Source: Gemmatimonadales bacterium (lineage in GTDB: Bacteria > Gemmatimonadota > Gemmatimonadetes > Gemmatimonadales > GWC2-71-9). Taken from it: 64,000 nt of DNA. Position numbers and translations under genes: made by a program. Position 1 is the stretch's first letter; every line of letters begins with the position of its first letter. The DNA is taken from NCBI GenBank assembly GCA_036397755.1, contig DASWII010000066.1, positions 6,915 to 70,914 of the forward strand, read 5' to 3'. The notes below the pieces were generated by a model, which worked only from the letters and a program-made list of their open reading frames with translations, was not told the origin of the DNA and ran no database searches. Below, piece after piece: positions 45,661 through 55,050 of this stretch.

Positions 45661-46503
45661 GTGCGGTTTGACGGCAGGACCAGATTGATTCCGTGGGTCA
45701 TCGCGGGTTGCCTCGCGGCGTGTGCCGGGCAGCCGCCGTCCCACTCACCCCCAGAGCCCGTCCCTCCCCAAGCGTTCGCCTACTCGCCGTTCACGGCCAG
45801 CTACCTATTCGTCTCCAGGGGCCACACGCGCCAGCAGATCCCGGGTGGGGAAGCCGCGAACACCGAATACGCGTTCACCATCGGGCTCACGGCTGCTGTG
45901 GCGACCGATGGAGAGAACTTAATGGCCACGGTGACGGTCGACTCCGTACCGATGTTGTCAGGGGCGGCCGCCCTTGTGGCGGGCAACATCACCCGCGCCG
46001 TCGGGAAGTCCGTTCGTGCCCGGATGCTCCCCAATGGCCGCCTTGTGAGTGACGACGCGCCGGATCCGGCGCTCGGTTCGTTGCCCCAGGTGGCCAGCCT
46101 GCTACAGGACTTCTTTCCTCGAATCCCCGAAACCGGTGTCACCGCGGGCGATCGGTGGATCGACAGCACCTCTAATGCCACGCACTCCAACGGACTGGAC
46201 CTCACGACGGAGGCCGTTCGCACCTACGAAGCAGCCGATGGGAGCGATTCCGGCACCGGTGCGTTCCTCGAGGTTGTCGCCGAGGTCGTGTATACGCTGA
46301 CCGGAAGTGGGGTCATGAGCGCCCAACCGATTGTGGTAGAGGGGGCCGGTGCGCGTCGCGAGCGGTTCTTTCTGGCAGCCAATGGCGCGTTTCTAGGCGG
46401 TATCACGCGAGATTCGTCCGCCGCGAACGCGACGATGTCTTCGATAGGTGTCACGATCCCCATCGTGCAAACGCGCACAGACACACTCCGCATCATTCCA
46501 TGA
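45661..46503 (+). CDS. hypothetical lipoprotein
   Basis: The GTG start gives a signal with lipobox, VRFDGRTRLIPWVIAGCLAAC-AG. The upstream part of ORF 45532.. lies inside rnpB. No functional motif recognised. Confidence 0.55.
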   Translation: MRFDGRTRLIPWVIAGCLAACAGQPPSHSPPEPVPPQAFAYSPFTASYLFVSRGHTRQQIPGGEAANTEYAFTIGLTAAVATDGENLMATVTVDSVPMLSGAAALVAGNITRAVGKSVRARMLPNGRLVSDDAPDPALGSLPQVASLLQDFFPRIPETGVTAGDRWIDSTSNATHSNGLDLTTEAVRTYEAADGSDSGTGAFLEVVAEVVYTLTGSGVMSAQPIVVEGAGARRERFFLAANGAFLGGITRDSSAANATMSSIGVTIPIVQTRTDTLRIIP

Positions 46504-47372
46504 CGCGCCTCCGCGAGGTCTCCATGACTGCGGTGGCACTTGCACTGACCACCAGCGGGCTCTTCGGACAGGCTGGGCGACCGCACAGCGCGCACTACCT
46601 GTTCGTGGCGGCGGTCGATGACGCCCGGGCGCTGTGGGTGAACCCCGCCGGCCTCGGGGTGATACCCGAGTACTCCGTGACCCTCGACTTCACACTAGAG
46701 AGCGCCTCCACCGGCCGGCTGCGATTGGGTCAGTGGTCCGGGGCAGTGAACTCCCGCGGGTTCGGTTTGGGGTACCAGCGGGACCGTTTTGCGGACGACC
46801 CGTTCACCGCGGAGGTGGACCCCCTGTCGACTGGGGCATATCGTCTCGGCGGCGCGGTGCCGTTCGGCTCGGGTGCCATTGGCGCGAGTGTGTCGATGTA
46901 TCGTGGCAACTCGGTGGGTACCGAGTTTGCGGGTGATGTGGGCATGCTGCTCGCACTTGGGCCCCGCTTCTCCTTCGGCGCCGTGGTGCAGAACGTTGGT
47001 CGCCCCGTGTTGCGCGCGACCAAGACGGCGATCAGCGGCACCGTGGGGGTGGCATGGTATGCCGTGCCGCAGACACTGGAGTTCGCAGCCGAAGGTCAGA
47101 TCGTTGAGGGCCTAGCCGCCGCCAACACCACGGTCCGCTACAGAGCGGGCATCCACGTGTCCCCCGGGCGCTCGTTTCCAGTGTCGGTGTTTGGTGCATT
47201 CGACCTCGGATCCGATCCCGTCGTGCGGTCCCTCTTCATCGGCGTATCGCTGGGAGCGCACGAGCGCGTGGGTGTCACCGGGGCGGGCGTCCGGCGGGCG
47301 GCGGGCTTGGAGCTGAACGAATTCGGCGCGTACGGCATCGTGTCGCGCGGGCCGGAGCGACCCCACCCCTAA
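46500..47372 (+). CDS. putative outer-membrane beta-barrel protein (weakly FadL/PorV-like)
   Basis: It has a signal peptide (MTAVALALTTSGLFGQ), an NPAGLG motif and alternating hydrophobic beta-strand periodicity. It forms an ATGA overlap with the lipoprotein gene. Confidence 0.5.
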   Translation: MTRLREVSMTAVALALTTSGLFGQAGRPHSAHYLFVAAVDDARALWVNPAGLGVIPEYSVTLDFTLESASTGRLRLGQWSGAVNSRGFGLGYQRDRFADDPFTAEVDPLSTGAYRLGGAVPFGSGAIGASVSMYRGNSVGTEFAGDVGMLLALGPRFSFGAVVQNVGRPVLRATKTAISGTVGVAWYAVPQTLEFAAEGQIVEGLAAANTTVRYRAGIHVSPGRSFPVSVFGAFDLGSDPVVRSLFIGVSLGAHERVGVTGAGVRRAAGLELNEFGAYGIVSRGPERPHP

Positions 47373-47377
47373 GGGCG

Positions 47378-48487
47378 TCAGTCCACGAGGCGCAGCGGCA
47401 TCACCAGACAGAGATACGAGGCCGGATCATCCCAGCCTACCGGCTCCAGCGTCGCCGCTCGTTCCGGCGCCTTGAAGGTCATCCGGATTTCGTCCGTCGG
47501 CATGAACTTCAGAATCTCGAGGAGATAATGAGCATTGAAGCCGATCTCAAGCGGTTCGCCTTCGTACGTCAAGCTCACTTCGTCCTGGGCCTCACCCAGG
47601 TCAGGCGTGTTCACGCTCATGACGAGTTTGCCCGAGCTGAATTGCAGACGTACCCGATGGGTCTGGTCGCTGGCCACGATCCCGACGCGACGCAGGGACG
47701 AAGCGAGCGATTGCTTCTCCACGGTACATGACCGGTCGTTGTCGCGTGGGATGACCTGTTCGTAGTTCGGGTACGGACCCTCGATCAGTCGCGTAAACAC
47801 CAGAGTCGTTCCACTGCGGAATCCCAAGTGATTCTCGCTCTTCGCGATCTCGATTTCGTCGGCGGGGCCGAAGAGCTTACGGACCTGTTCGAGTGCCTTG
47901 GGCGGCAGAATCAGGTCGGCCGTAGCCGCACCACCGCTGGCACCAACATCCATTCGCGCGAGACGGTGGCCGTTGGTCGCCACCATGCGCATGCGGTCGC
48001 CACGCAACTCCCAGAGCACGCCGTTCAGTATTGGACGGCTCTCCTCTGTCGACGCGGCAAAACTGACGTGGTTGATGAGCTTCTGAAGGTCGCTCGATGT
48101 GACCTTCCATGTGTCGTCAAACCTGACCGGCGGGAAGTTTGGGAACTCCTCGCGCGGGATGCCGAGCAGCTTGTATTTCGTGCGGCCGCACTCGAGGCTG
48201 ATGCGCTGCTCGCCGGAAGTGGTGAATCGGATGGCGGCGCTTGGCAATTCCCGCACGATCTCCACGAGCTTCTTGGCCGGTACCGTGACGGCACCTTCCT
48301 TGTCGACATCCGCCGGCACGACGGTGCTCACGGCGATATCGAGATCGGTTCCTGACAGGCGAATACCAGCAGGAATGGCTTCGACCAGGATATTCGCGAG
48401 TACCGGAAGTGTCGTCTTCGACGGAATGGTCGCAGCGACTGCCACGAGTCCTTCCTGAAGGCGCTCCCGTGTGATCGTGAACTTCAT
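47378..48487 (-). CDS. dnaN: DNA polymerase III beta sliding clamp
   Basis: The N-terminus is MKFTITRERLQEGL.., it has three-domain clamp length, and it ends ..LVMPLRL. Confidence 0.95.
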   Translation of the reverse strand: MKFTITRERLQEGLVAVAATIPSKTTLPVLANILVEAIPAGIRLSGTDLDIAVSTVVPADVDKEGAVTVPAKKLVEIVRELPSAAIRFTTSGEQRISLECGRTKYKLLGIPREEFPNFPPVRFDDTWKVTSSDLQKLINHVSFAASTEESRPILNGVLWELRGDRMRMVATNGHRLARMDVGASGGAATADLILPPKALEQVRKLFGPADEIEIAKSENHLGFRSGTTLVFTRLIEGPYPNYEQVIPRDNDRSCTVEKQSLASSLRRVGIVASDQTHRVRLQFSSGKLVMSVNTPDLGEAQDEVSLTYEGEPLEIGFNAHYLLEILKFMPTDEIRMTFKAPERAATLEPVGWDDPASYLCLVMPLRLVD

Positions 48488-48612
48488 GGCCGTCCCCATG
48501 TTCGTGGAAAGAGAAGACTACTAGTCACGTACCTATAATTATCTAGTAATAGTAGTAGAGTCTCTGGAAATCTTGACAGTCTGCACAACCCGGTCCGCCG
48601 TCACACGTTGCC

Positions 48613-48635
48613 GAGTTTCCCGAGCAGGGAAACTC
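48613..48635. repeat. perfect 9-bp inverted repeat GAGTTTCCC-gagca-GGGAAACTC in the dnaA-dnaN spacer
   Basis: Read directly from the sequence. It lies about 85 nt downstream of the dnaA stop and no U-tract follows. Confidence 0.6.
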
Positions 48636-48720
48636 TGGGGAGAGGTGTGGACAGACTCGTCCCATCCTGCCGGCGTCCACCATTGCACACAGTCTCCACA
48701 GCATAGTCTCCCCAATTCGC

Positions 48721-50106
48721 TCACACTGTGAGCGCCAGTTCGCGGCGCGCGAGATCCACGCGATCGCGGAACTTGCGGTCACGGTCCATCTCCCGTTGCA
48801 CTTTGTCGAGGCTGTGGATCACGGTGGAGTGGTCGCGACCCCCAAAAGCCTGTCCAATCTCGACGAGCTGCATGCTCAGCAACTCGCGGGTAAGGAACAT
48901 CGCCACCTGTCTGGGGACCGTGAGCGAACGCGTGCGCGCTTTTGACCGCAGCCCCTCAGGCGTAACCCCCCAACGCCGTGCCACGACTTCCTGGACCCGA
49001 TCGACACTTGGCGTGCCCGAGCGGGCATCGACGGCTTCGCCGCCACCCTGCCGGATCTTGTCAGCCAAGGCCTCGCGGGCGAGTTCGATAGAAATCTCTC
49101 GATGCTTCAGCGATGCGAACAAGAGCAGCTTGATGATGCAACCTTCCAGCTCACGCACCGAACTCCGGACATGCTCGGCGATGAAGCGCAGTACATCGTC
49201 CGGAATCGTCAGCTCCAGATGATCCTGCTCAGCCTTCTTGCGGAGGATGGCGATCCGGTGCTCGAGGTCGGGCTGGCCGATATCCGCCACCATCCCCCAT
49301 TCGAAGCGGCTCACCAGCCGGGACTCTAAGCCGGGGATCTCCTTGGGCGGGCGGTCGGACGTGAGAACGATCTGGCGCCCGCCTTCGTGCAAGGCGTTGA
49401 ACGTGTGGAAGAACTCCTCCTGGGTCATCTCCTTGCCTTCCAGGAAGTGCACGTCGTCCACGAGAAACATGTCCACTTCGGTCCGATATCGCTTGCGAAA
49501 CTCGACCATCGTCCGGCTATGGATGCTCTCGATGACCTCGTTGATGAACTGCTCGGCGCCCATGTACACCACCCGCCCCTCGGGATTGCGTTCCAAGTGA
49601 GCGTGCGCAATGGCTTGCATGAGGTGGGTCTTCCCCAACCCGGTCGGGCCGTAAATGAACAGCGGGTTGTAGGTCTTGCCCGGCGCCTCGGCGACCGCGT
49701 GCGCCGCGGCGCCCGCCAGCTCGTTTGACTTGCCCACCACGAACGTCTTGAACGAATACCGCTCATTAAGTGGCCGCGTGGCCTGTCGGCGCGGGGCATC
49801 GGCGCCGTCGCCCCTCGGGGCCACGAAAAAGTCCATCTGGGGGCGCTGAGCTCGTTCTTCCAGGACCCGGAATTCCAAGACGAGGGCTGAACCCACGGCG
49901 GCTGACGCAAGGCGCGTCAGAATCGGCGCGTGCTTGGACTCGTTCCACTCCACGGAGAACTGGTCGGGCGCACCAAGCACGAGCCGACCGTCCGAAAAGG
50001 CGATCGGATCCAGTGGATCGAGCCAGGTACGTACGGCTGGCTCCGGAAGTTCGCCGCGGGCAGCCTCGAGGAGGCGTGACCACGCTTGTTGGGCTGTCAA
50101 TTCCAT
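48721..50106 (-). CDS. dnaA: chromosomal replication initiator protein DnaA
   Basis: It has the AAA+ Walker A GPTGLGKTHL and the domain IV motif ..FGGRDHSTVIHS. The start at MELTAQQAWSRLLE (50106) was chosen. Confidence 0.95.
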   Translation of the reverse strand: MELTAQQAWSRLLEAARGELPEPAVRTWLDPLDPIAFSDGRLVLGAPDQFSVEWNESKHAPILTRLASAAVGSALVLEFRVLEERAQRPQMDFFVAPRGDGADAPRRQATRPLNERYSFKTFVVGKSNELAGAAAHAVAEAPGKTYNPLFIYGPTGLGKTHLMQAIAHAHLERNPEGRVVYMGAEQFINEVIESIHSRTMVEFRKRYRTEVDMFLVDDVHFLEGKEMTQEEFFHTFNALHEGGRQIVLTSDRPPKEIPGLESRLVSRFEWGMVADIGQPDLEHRIAILRKKAEQDHLELTIPDDVLRFIAEHVRSSVRELEGCIIKLLLFASLKHREISIELAREALADKIRQGGGEAVDARSGTPSVDRVQEVVARRWGVTPEGLRSKARTRSLTVPRQVAMFLTRELLSMQLVEIGQAFGGRDHSTVIHSLDKVQREMDRDRKFRDRVDLARRELALTV

Positions 50107-50164
50107 CGACAACTGCGAAATGCAGTTAGGTGGTGAGAAAGGGCGAGAGAGGTTACCACCCGCA

Positions 50165-50173
50165 TGTGGAAAA
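50165..50173. promoter_or_regulatory. DnaA box-like 9-mer TGTGGAAAA
   Basis: It has one mismatch to TGTGGATAA (the complement of TTATCCACA). It lies 59 nt upstream of the dnaA start, in the dnaA/rpmH divergent spacer. Confidence 0.5.
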
Positions 50174-50239
50174 GTCAACCTTGACCCAATACTCATATAG
50201 CGACTAGCTTTCCCGCCGCTCAACGCAGGGATTTCCAGG

Positions 50240-50401
50240 ATGAAGCGCACGTATCAACCCCGCAACAAGCGGCGGACACGAAAGCACGGGTTCCGGACAC
50301 GCATGAGCACTCGATGGGGCCGGGCCGTACTGAGCCGACGTCGCAAGAAGGGCCGCAAGCGCTTGTCGGTGCAGCTGCCGTCCAAGCACGGAGGGCGCTG
50401 A
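50240..50401 (+). CDS. rpmH: 50S ribosomal protein L34
   Basis: Own translation gives [53 protein letters not shown]. At 53 aa it is below the ORF-track length cut-off. Confidence 0.95.
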   Translation: MKRTYQPRNKRRTRKHGFRTRMSTRWGRAVLSRRRKKGRKRLSVQLPSKHGGR

Positions 50402-50742
50402 CGGCCGAGGGGCTCCCTCGGATCCGGCGCCTCACGAGCGCTCGTGATATGCAAGCGGTGTTGCGCAACGGGCAACGCCGGCGCTTTCCCCGACTCGACA
50501 TCTACTGGCGCGGCAACCAGCTAGACTACGCCCGCCTCGGTCTCATTGTGCCACTACACGGGAGAACGGCTGTGGAACGGAACCGGCTGCGGCGTCGACT
50601 CCGTGAACTCGCGCGGCGGAATGTTCTCCCGAATGCGGGAGCTATCGACATCATGATTCGGTCCGGTTCCGCTGCTTACGCCGCCACGTTCGATCAGTTG
50701 GCGGAAGATCTCTCCAAGTGGTTGCGCGCGCGCTCCGCTTGA
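50398..50742 (+). CDS. rnpA: ribonuclease P protein component
   Basis: It has [43 protein letters not shown] (the RNR motif). The start codon is unresolved: CTG at 50398, ATG at 50314 or ATG at 50449. Confidence 0.8.
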   Translation: MTAEGLPRIRRLTSARDMQAVLRNGQRRRFPRLDIYWRGNQLDYARLGLIVPLHGRTAVERNRLRRRLRELARRNVLPNAGAIDIMIRSGSAAYAATFDQLAEDLSKWLRARSA

Positions 50743-50957
50743 CCTCGCTCCCGCGCCTCGCCGCAGTAGGCGCGATCCGGCTGTACCAGGTGGCCGCTTC
50801 TCCGTTCCCGTCGCCGTGCCGCTACACGCCGACGTGCTCGACCTATGCGATCGAGGCGCTCGAGCGGCACGGTCTGCTGCGAGGCGGCTGGTTCGCCGTT
50901 CGCCGGATCCTCAGGTGCCACCCCTTCGGCCGCAGTGGTCCCGACCCGGTCCCGTGA
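50718..50957 (+). CDS. yidD: membrane protein insertion efficiency factor YidD
   Basis: It has [41 protein letters not shown]. An alternative TTG start lies at 50739. Confidence 0.9.
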   Translation: MVARALRLTSLPRLAAVGAIRLYQVAASPFPSPCRYTPTCSTYAIEALERHGLLRGGWFAVRRILRCHPFGRSGPDPVP

Positions 50958-50964
50958 GGCTTTG

Positions 50965-52647
50965 ATGGAACGTCGCGTCTTGATCGGGATCGGCCTGATG
51001 TTACTGGTGGCGGTGCTGCCATCGATACTCTTCCCGCCGGAACCGCGGGCCCCGTCCGAGCAGCTGGCCGGCGATTCGGCTCAGCCGGCGGCCGAATCCT
51101 CGCAAGCCGCCGCCGAGCAGCCAGAACGGCAACGGGCGGCGGTATCTCCCGCGGCGACGGTCCGGATGCCGCCCCAGCCGGAAGAAGCGAGCGATATTCC
51201 GGAACGGATGGTGACCGTGGAGTCGCCGCTCTACCGCTTCACATTCGCCAGCCGTGGAGCCCGGCCGGTGGAGGCCACGCTTCAGGAGTACCGCTCGTTC
51301 GCGCCCGGCGACTCGGGGAGCGTGCAGTTGCTGCCGGACGAGTCGACCTTTCTTCAGTATGCGCTTGTGGTGGGCAACGATACCTTGCCGCTCGGGGAGT
51401 GGGACTTCGAGCCGTCGGCCGCTCGCCTGGACGTCGTGGACAGTAGCGCCACACTCGAGTGGCTTGGACGACGCGGCGCGATCGAGGTTCGGCTGCGGTA
51501 CACGTTCGAGCCGTCCTCGTACGGCTTCCATGTCGAAGGGTCGATCGTGGGAGGTCCGGCGAACGCGGCGGTGAGCGGCGTACTGTTGTTGGGGTTGGGC
51601 CCCCGCATCGCCGGTGTCGAGGCGGACAGCGTGGACGATTTCCGGTCGTATGCCGTTGTGACCAAGGCAGGTAAGACGGAAAGTGTCAAGTTCAGCTCAC
51701 TCGATCCGTTCGAACGGATGGCTCTCGACGGGCCCTACGAGTGGATTGCCATTCGGTCGAAGTACTTCGTCGTGTCCGTGATGACCCTCGCCGAAGGTGC
51801 TCCCAGGCTCGGCGGCGCGATTGCAACGGGAGGCCGTCGTACAGGGAGAACGGCGACGGACATCGACGTGGTGGCGACGCTGCCGGTGCCGAGCGGGAGT
51901 TTTCGATTTGCGGTGTTTGCCGGACCGCAGCAGTACCGCCGCCTCGCGAACCGCGGGCACGATTTCGAGGACATCAAACCCTACGGGGGGATTTTCCGTC
52001 CCATCATTCGTCCCTTTGCCAACTTCATCGTCCTCATCTTGTTGTGGATGCACGAGACGCTCAACCTCGCCTATGGCTGGGTGTTGGTTCTCTTCGGCTT
52101 AGCGGTGCGGATCTTGTTGTGGCCGCTGAACCAGAAAGCCATGCGATCGAGTATGGCGATGCAGGCGATCCAACCGGAGATGAAGGCGCTGCAGGAGCGG
52201 TACAAGAACGACCAGCAGCGATTGCAGCAGGAGATGATGAAGCTGTACAAGGAGCATCAGGTCAACCCCCTGGGCGGGTGCCTGCCGCTGCTGATCCCGA
52301 TGCCGGTGCTGTTCGCGCTGTTCTTCGTGTTCCGCGAGACCATCGAGTTTCGAGGTGTATCGTTCCTGTGGCTGCCGGACCTATCGCGGGCGGATCCGCT
52401 CTTCATCATTCCGATCTTGATGGGCCTGTCAATGTTCGCGGTCACCAAACTGGGGCAACGCGGCGTGCCGCCGAACCCGCAGGCGAAAATGATGATGTAT
52501 CTGATGCCGGGGATCCTGACGTTCGTGTTCCTGCGGCTCTCGTCGGGTCTCAACTTGTACTACGCGGTCAGCAACATTGCCAGCATCCCTCAACAGTGGC
52601 TGATCTCCAAGGAGCGCGAGCGGCGACGCCAGCCGTCTGGGAAATAG
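50965..52647 (+). CDS. yidC: membrane protein insertase YidC
   Basis: It has an N-terminal TM, a large periplasmic domain, and the conserved C-terminal core (..WPLNQKAMRSSMAMQAIQPEMKALQERYKND..NPLGGCLPLLIPMPV). Confidence 0.95.
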   Translation: MERRVLIGIGLMLLVAVLPSILFPPEPRAPSEQLAGDSAQPAAESSQAAAEQPERQRAAVSPAATVRMPPQPEEASDIPERMVTVESPLYRFTFASRGARPVEATLQEYRSFAPGDSGSVQLLPDESTFLQYALVVGNDTLPLGEWDFEPSAARLDVVDSSATLEWLGRRGAIEVRLRYTFEPSSYGFHVEGSIVGGPANAAVSGVLLLGLGPRIAGVEADSVDDFRSYAVVTKAGKTESVKFSSLDPFERMALDGPYEWIAIRSKYFVVSVMTLAEGAPRLGGAIATGGRRTGRTATDIDVVATLPVPSGSFRFAVFAGPQQYRRLANRGHDFEDIKPYGGIFRPIIRPFANFIVLILLWMHETLNLAYGWVLVLFGLAVRILLWPLNQKAMRSSMAMQAIQPEMKALQERYKNDQQRLQQEMMKLYKEHQVNPLGGCLPLLIPMPVLFALFFVFRETIEFRGVSFLWLPDLSRADPLFIIPILMGLSMFAVTKLGQRGVPPNPQAKMMMYLMPGILTFVFLRLSSGLNLYYAVSNIASIPQQWLISKERERRRQPSGK

Positions 52648-52699
52648 CGATACGGGCGGCCGCCGGGTTGTCGACCGGCCGTCGCGCGGTGCTCACCAG

Positions 52700-54040
52700 G
52701 TGCTGACCGACCCCATTGCAGCCCTGGGCACGCCGGCGGGGCGCTCGGCCATCGCGCTACTCCGCTTGTCGGGCGTCGGCGCCTTCGAAGTGGCAGGACG
52801 CGTCCTGGCCCCGTTCACGGTGGCTCCGGTACGAACCGCCAGACGCGCCCGGGCGCTGTCCGCGCCCGACGATGAACTCCTCGATGACGTGCTGTATCTG
52901 ACCTACGCCGCGCCGCGCTCGTACACCGGCCAGGATATGGTGGAAATCACCACGCACGGGGGGCAGTTGGTTCCGTCCGAAGTGTTGGGGGCGCTGCTGC
53001 GCGCGGGCGCACGGCTCGCGTCCCCAGGCGAGTTCACGCGTCGCGCGGTGCTGAACGGCAAACTGGACTTGCTCCAGGCGGAGGCGATCGGCGATCTCGT
53101 CGACGCGACGGCGCCGGCGCAGCGACAGGTCGCCCTCCATCAGCTGGAGCGCGGGCTGACGGCGCGGATCGCGGCGCTTCGCGATCAGGTCCTGGAACTC
53201 GAAGCGCTGACTGGATACGACATCGATTTTCCCGAGGAGGACAGTGGGCCGGTGGCTCCAGAACGCGTGGAGGTGGCTGGCGCCACTCTGCGTGAGTCTC
53301 TGCGAGCATTGCTCGCGACGGCGGGAGACGGCATGCGGTTGCGGGAGGGCGCCTTGGCGGTCGTGGCCGGGCGTCCGAACACCGGGAAATCCTCACTGTT
53401 CAACGCGTTGCTCGCGGCGGAGCGAGCGATCGTCACCGACATTCCCGGCACCACGCGCGACGCGATCGAAGCCCATGCCGTGTGCGGTGGATTCCCATTC
53501 CGTTTGGTCGACACGGCGGGCCTTCGACAGACGGATGAGACGGTGGAGCAGCTTGGCGTCGAGGTGAGCCGGCGCTACCTGGCTGCTGCGGACATCGTGC
53601 TGTTTTGCGTCGAGGCTGGGCGCCAGTTGGCCGTGGACGAGAGGGCGTTCCTCGCGGAGTTGGCCTGTCCGGTGGTACTCGTCCGCACGAAGGGGGATCT
53701 GATTGGCCCCGTCGTTTCCGAGGAGGAGCTTGTGGTATCCGCGCGCACCGGCAGCGGGCTCGAGCGCCTGCGGCGAATGCTCGCCGAACGCGCCTTCAGT
53801 GCCCTGACTGACACGGGTGACAGCGCCACGGCGGTCACCCGGGAACGGCACCGGACCGCGCTGGTGCGTGCCCTGGACGAAGTCGAGGCGTTCATGGAGG
53901 CTCGGCGGTCCGGCGTGGATCCGGTCGCCAGCGCGACCCATCTCCGTACGGCTACCGGCGCGCTCGAGGACCTGATCGGTCCCGTGTGGACGGAGGACGT
54001 GCTGGAGCGAGTCTTCGCGACGTTTTGCGTCGGGAAATGA
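52700..54040 (+). CDS. mnmE: tRNA modification GTPase MnmE (TrmE)
   Basis: The G1 motif is GRPNTGKSSL, the G3 motif is DTAG, and the C-terminus is CVGK. Confidence 0.95.
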   Translation: MLTDPIAALGTPAGRSAIALLRLSGVGAFEVAGRVLAPFTVAPVRTARRARALSAPDDELLDDVLYLTYAAPRSYTGQDMVEITTHGGQLVPSEVLGALLRAGARLASPGEFTRRAVLNGKLDLLQAEAIGDLVDATAPAQRQVALHQLERGLTARIAALRDQVLELEALTGYDIDFPEEDSGPVAPERVEVAGATLRESLRALLATAGDGMRLREGALAVVAGRPNTGKSSLFNALLAAERAIVTDIPGTTRDAIEAHAVCGGFPFRLVDTAGLRQTDETVEQLGVEVSRRYLAAADIVLFCVEAGRQLAVDERAFLAELACPVVLVRTKGDLIGPVVSEEELVVSARTGSGLERLRRMLAERAFSALTDTGDSATAVTRERHRTALVRALDEVEAFMEARRSGVDPVASATHLRTATGALEDLIGPVWTEDVLERVFATFCVGK

Positions 54041-54061
54041 GGTGGGATAGCACCGCGCCGC

Positions 54062-55006
54062 TCAGGCCGTCTGAATACCTCGCGAGCGTTCATCGAACGC
54101 GAGGCAAGTCTTGGCCGACTGCCGAAGCGCGTGCGCAATACCCCGGTCGCCGACAACGGCTTCCACCATCCGCAATCCGAGGTAGTAGCCGGACCGCTCG
54201 GGAATGACACGTCCTTCGACAAAGCGCTGTGCCGCCGAGACGCCACCCGAGAGATAGCGAAGGCGATACCCCAGGCCACGCATGTCGAGGTGTTCGGTGA
54301 TGGCACTCGTCAGAAACGCCTCGAGCTGTCTCAGGCGACGGTACTGGCGGCGCGGATAGCCGAGGTACTCCCACGGTTCGAATCCGGGCACCGCCTTGCG
54401 GGCTCCGGCCACAGCCAAACCCTCGTTCACGAGGAGCTCGCGCAGCGTGGCCTGTTGGCCGGTCGTCCAATAGTCGTAGTCGCCACCGTGCTCGGTCACC
54501 AGCGTCGCGAGTTCGGCCTCGCTGGTCGGGGAAGTGTACCGGACGGTGTGGGCGATCTCGTGCGCCAACCACAGCGGAACCAAGTCGGGTCGCAAACCCA
54601 AACCGAGGGTCTCATGGTTGGGCCGTCCCGTGAAGTGCTCTAGGCAGATGAACGCCACCCCCCGGCCATCGACCACCAACTCACCCGCGTTGGCGCCGCC
54701 GACCCCCACCATGAGGTAGACATCGTACTGCCGGTCGATCGCGAACAAGTCCTCACAACGTCGCATTGTTTCACGTGCCGTCGTCTCGAGGTCGGTGTTG
54801 TCCTGGAGAGTGAGCAGATCGCGCCGGTCCGCGCGCAGCGCCCTGAGCACCACTTCTTCGGCGTGCGGACTATCGAGGTCGAGGATGTAGTTGTGCCAGT
54901 ACGCGGCGAGCACGGGTTCGTGCTCAAGGAGATAGCGGCGATACGCCTCCAACGGATCCGGTGCCTGGGCCGCCGCGAGAAAGTCCGGAATGAGGTTGAT
55001 CAGCAT
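54062..55006 (-). CDS. putative zinc-dependent protease (DUF2268-like, HExxH)
   Basis: It has the WLAHEIAHTVRY motif. The start at MLINLIP (55006) avoids overlap with the macro-domain gene. The family assignment is from memory only. Confidence 0.5.
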   Translation of the reverse strand: MLINLIPDFLAAAQAPDPLEAYRRYLLEHEPVLAAYWHNYILDLDSPHAEEVVLRALRADRRDLLTLQDNTDLETTARETMRRCEDLFAIDRQYDVYLMVGVGGANAGELVVDGRGVAFICLEHFTGRPNHETLGLGLRPDLVPLWLAHEIAHTVRYTSPTSEAELATLVTEHGGDYDYWTTGQQATLRELLVNEGLAVAGARKAVPGFEPWEYLGYPRRQYRRLRQLEAFLTSAITEHLDMRGLGYRLRYLSGGVSAAQRFVEGRVIPERSGYYLGLRMVEAVVGDRGIAHALRQSAKTCLAFDERSRGIQTA

Positions 55007-55050
55007 GGAGGCGTTTCCAATTTGGAGTTCGCCGCCGTGACAGACAAGAG

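Noticed and set aside
48573-48578. TTGACA on the plus strand in the dnaA-dnaN spacer as a promoter -35 element.
   Set aside because: It points into the 3' end of dnaA in antisense, and no convincing -10 element lies at the right spacing. It is kept only as part of the oriC-candidate description.
54767-54782. A third parS-like site, TGTTTCACGTGCCGTC.
   Set aside because: Only the left half-site matches, with 5 mismatches in the right arm. It lies inside a coding region.
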